Both the position numbers and the translations under genes were made by a program. The notes under the pieces are model-generated. The model was not told where the DNA came from. It did no database searches and saw only the letters and a list, made by a program, of their open reading frames with translations. A DNA stretch of 63,819 nucleotides, the filler included, from Polymyxa betae A26-41 (lineage: Eukaryota > Protista > Endomyxa: Phytomyxea): the NCBI GenBank assembly GCA_003693705.1. It is 6 parts of 6 records of this genome, joined end to end, with 100 filler letters (N's around TTAATTAATTAA, not from the genome) between each part and the next. Parts side by side here need not be neighbours in the genome. Positions count along the whole stretch, not along the records: positions 58,787 to 63,819 come from RBZT01000883.1; 5 more parts are not named here. One strand, given 5' to 3'. Positions within the stretch are counted from its first letter, which is position 1; each line of letters opens with the position of its first letter. Below are positions 61,701 through 63,819 of the stretch, in pieces.

Positions 61701-63819
61701 GTCCGGAAACGACATTGAACGATACCTCGGTCTCATTAATTACTTCCGGGACTTCATTCCCTGCTATTCAACTATCGCCGCACCGCTGGAAGCCATGCGG
61801 AAACTCCCATCAATCAATCCATCGAACTGGACCCCAGATCGTCAAAATGCATTCGAGTCTCTCAAGGAGATCTTGCAGCAGGGTACATTTCTGCACTTTC
61901 CGGACTTTGACGATGAGTTTAGAATTGCAACTGACGCTTCGGACGTCGGCATTGGCGCAACCCTCTATCAATTGCGCAACAACTCCGTCGAGGACACGAC
62001 GGACAACCGGAAGTACAATCTGTTTGCCGCCCGCGCACTTCACCCATCGGAGCGAAATTACTCCGCGACCAAAAAGGAGTTACTTGCAATCGTTTTTGCA
62101 CTCAAGCGCTTTCATTATTTCGTATGGGGGCGACACTTTAAACTTTTCACAGATCATCGCGCACTCTCTTTTCTGTTTACGCAGAATGATCCATCACCTC
62201 TTATGGCGAATTGGATCGACGTTATCCTCGACTACGATTTCGACATCTTTCACCGACCCGGAATTTTGAACATCCTTCCGGACGCCCTTTCACGTCTCTT
62301 TCCAGCACCACAAGTTCACCATTCAGCTCCACCAGATTCTTCAGCACATCAACTAGATGCTACTGCAATTCCGAGCTCCGCGATTCCGGAACATCTCCGT
62401 CGCGAAACCATCGAACGCGCGCACCTCCACGGACAGCTACCGTTTCTCGTCTTATCGAAGAAGGTTCCGTTTGGCCATCTATGCGGACAGATCTCACCGA
62501 ATTCATCAAATCCTGTACAGCATGTCAGCGTTACAACATCGTCAGCATAGGGTTCCATCCCTTAACTCCGATCACTGCCAGCCAGCCAATGGATCACATT
62601 GCGATTGACACAGCGCTTTCTTTTCCAACATCAGAGATCGGTAACAACATTCTTCTAGTTGTAGTTTGTGTTCATACACGTTTCTGTTTCTCCGAGCTCT
62701 TCCCGACAAAACTGCGGTTTCTGTTGCTTCTGCATTATTCAACATTTTCATCGACTTCGGATTCCCACGAATCATTCAATCTGACAACGGAACGGAGTTC
62801 GTTAACCAGCTCATGCACGCAATGACAAAAGTAGCCAGCATCGATCATAGGCTCACTACCAAATATCATTCCCGAGCAAACGGCCTAGCCGAGCGTTTCG
62901 TTCAAACGTCCTGTCGTGCAATCCACAAATTACTTGAAGCCGAGGACCGCCAGTGGGATCGTTATGTCGCAGCCGTACAGCTCTATATGAACACAAAGAT
63001 CGCGTCAGTACACAAATCCGCGCCGTTCAGCGTCATGTTCGGGCGAAAATCAAACCCATTTATCGACTACCAACAGAATTCGTCTTTTTATCCGCAGTCA
63101 TTCACGACTGAGGAATTTCTTCCATTCCGAGACCGTCTTCAATGGTTTTCTGACGTCCTGTTTCCGCCATTTCGGAAAAGCTCTCTGGTAACGCTGCTCG
63201 TGCCATAACTAACTATGCCAGACATCATCGCATTTTAAAAGACCCATTTCCAGCGGGCTCTTACGTCATGGTTATCGATCCGACACGCTCCAACAAGAAC
63301 CACCCATATTATGAAGGACCTTACAAGGTTCTCCGCCGCACTAAGGGTGACAGTTATCAACTTCTAGACAGCGACCAGACGCTCTATCAACGTGCTGTCG
63401 CTCCATCGCAAATGAAGCTCGTCTCAAAGGACCCTCGCAACGACCCCCTATATTTTGTTGCTGAGCGGATTCTAAAACACCGTGGGCCCCCTTCTCGACG
63501 TGAATACCTTGTACGGTGGAAGAGCATGAGCCCGGACGAAGACTCCTGGGAGCCTTTTACCAGCTTTGACGACCAGCAGATCATCGCGGACTATTGGTCC
63601 CGCACTTCTTCAAATTCACGTTCCATTTCGGGGAAGGGTGATGTCATGCACAAGACCCATCAATCAAGGCCCATCCGGCGCGGCCTCCGATCCGACAGTC
63701 GCGTGCCTTGAAATCATGAACACGCACCCGGACTTTTACTCCTGTCTTGTTTCTCACTTTCATTTTCATTCATTCTCAATACAAGCTCTGGTTCCAACCG
63801 TCCAGACTTTCGTCTCTCA
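58787..63819 (+). mobile_element. Near full-length Ty3/gypsy chromovirus: 5' LTR 58787-58994, gag, PR, RT, RNase H, IN, chromodomain, PPT, 3' LTR from 63642
   Basis: LTR TGTCA...TGACA, with both copies identical over the visible 178 bp. Motifs CYACQRPGHLASNC, YVDTGAS, LCIDPRALN, FLDD, TDASDVGIG, SDNGTEF, YEGPYKV and YLVRWK...SWEP. PPT GGGGAAGGGTGA. Confidence 0.96.

Overview
This is a transposon-rich eukaryotic window, not a prokaryotic one. It is six contigs joined by 100-nt N-TTAATTAATTAA-N linkers, with one further N gap at 42392-42533, so adjacency across linkers is not real. About two thirds is mobile DNA: Ty3/gypsy chromoviruses (one near full length), Ty1/copia ends, a CRE-like non-LTR element, a Helitron, four PIF/Harbinger elements, a hAT, an IS630-Tc1-mariner element, Mutator derivatives and MITEs. 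Several of these have termini and target-site duplications readable by eye. Host-type genes are two tRNA-Asn(GTT), a BTB/POZ paralogue cluster, decayed F-box-like genes, a signal-peptide ankyrin protein and an intronless 827-aa helicase. Short 50-57 nt GT-AG introns and AAACCCTA motifs suggest a microbial eukaryote, possibly a plasmodiophorid-like parasite (inference only). Two items stand out. The first is a spliced CRESS-DNA-virus Rep gene bracketed by 122-bp hairpin-rich inverted repeats (34557-35650), apparently inside a Mutator derivative. The second is a RIG-I/Dicer-family helicase fused to two N-terminal dsRNA-binding domains and a probable C-terminal one, with no RNase III, PAZ or CARD (53583-56066).
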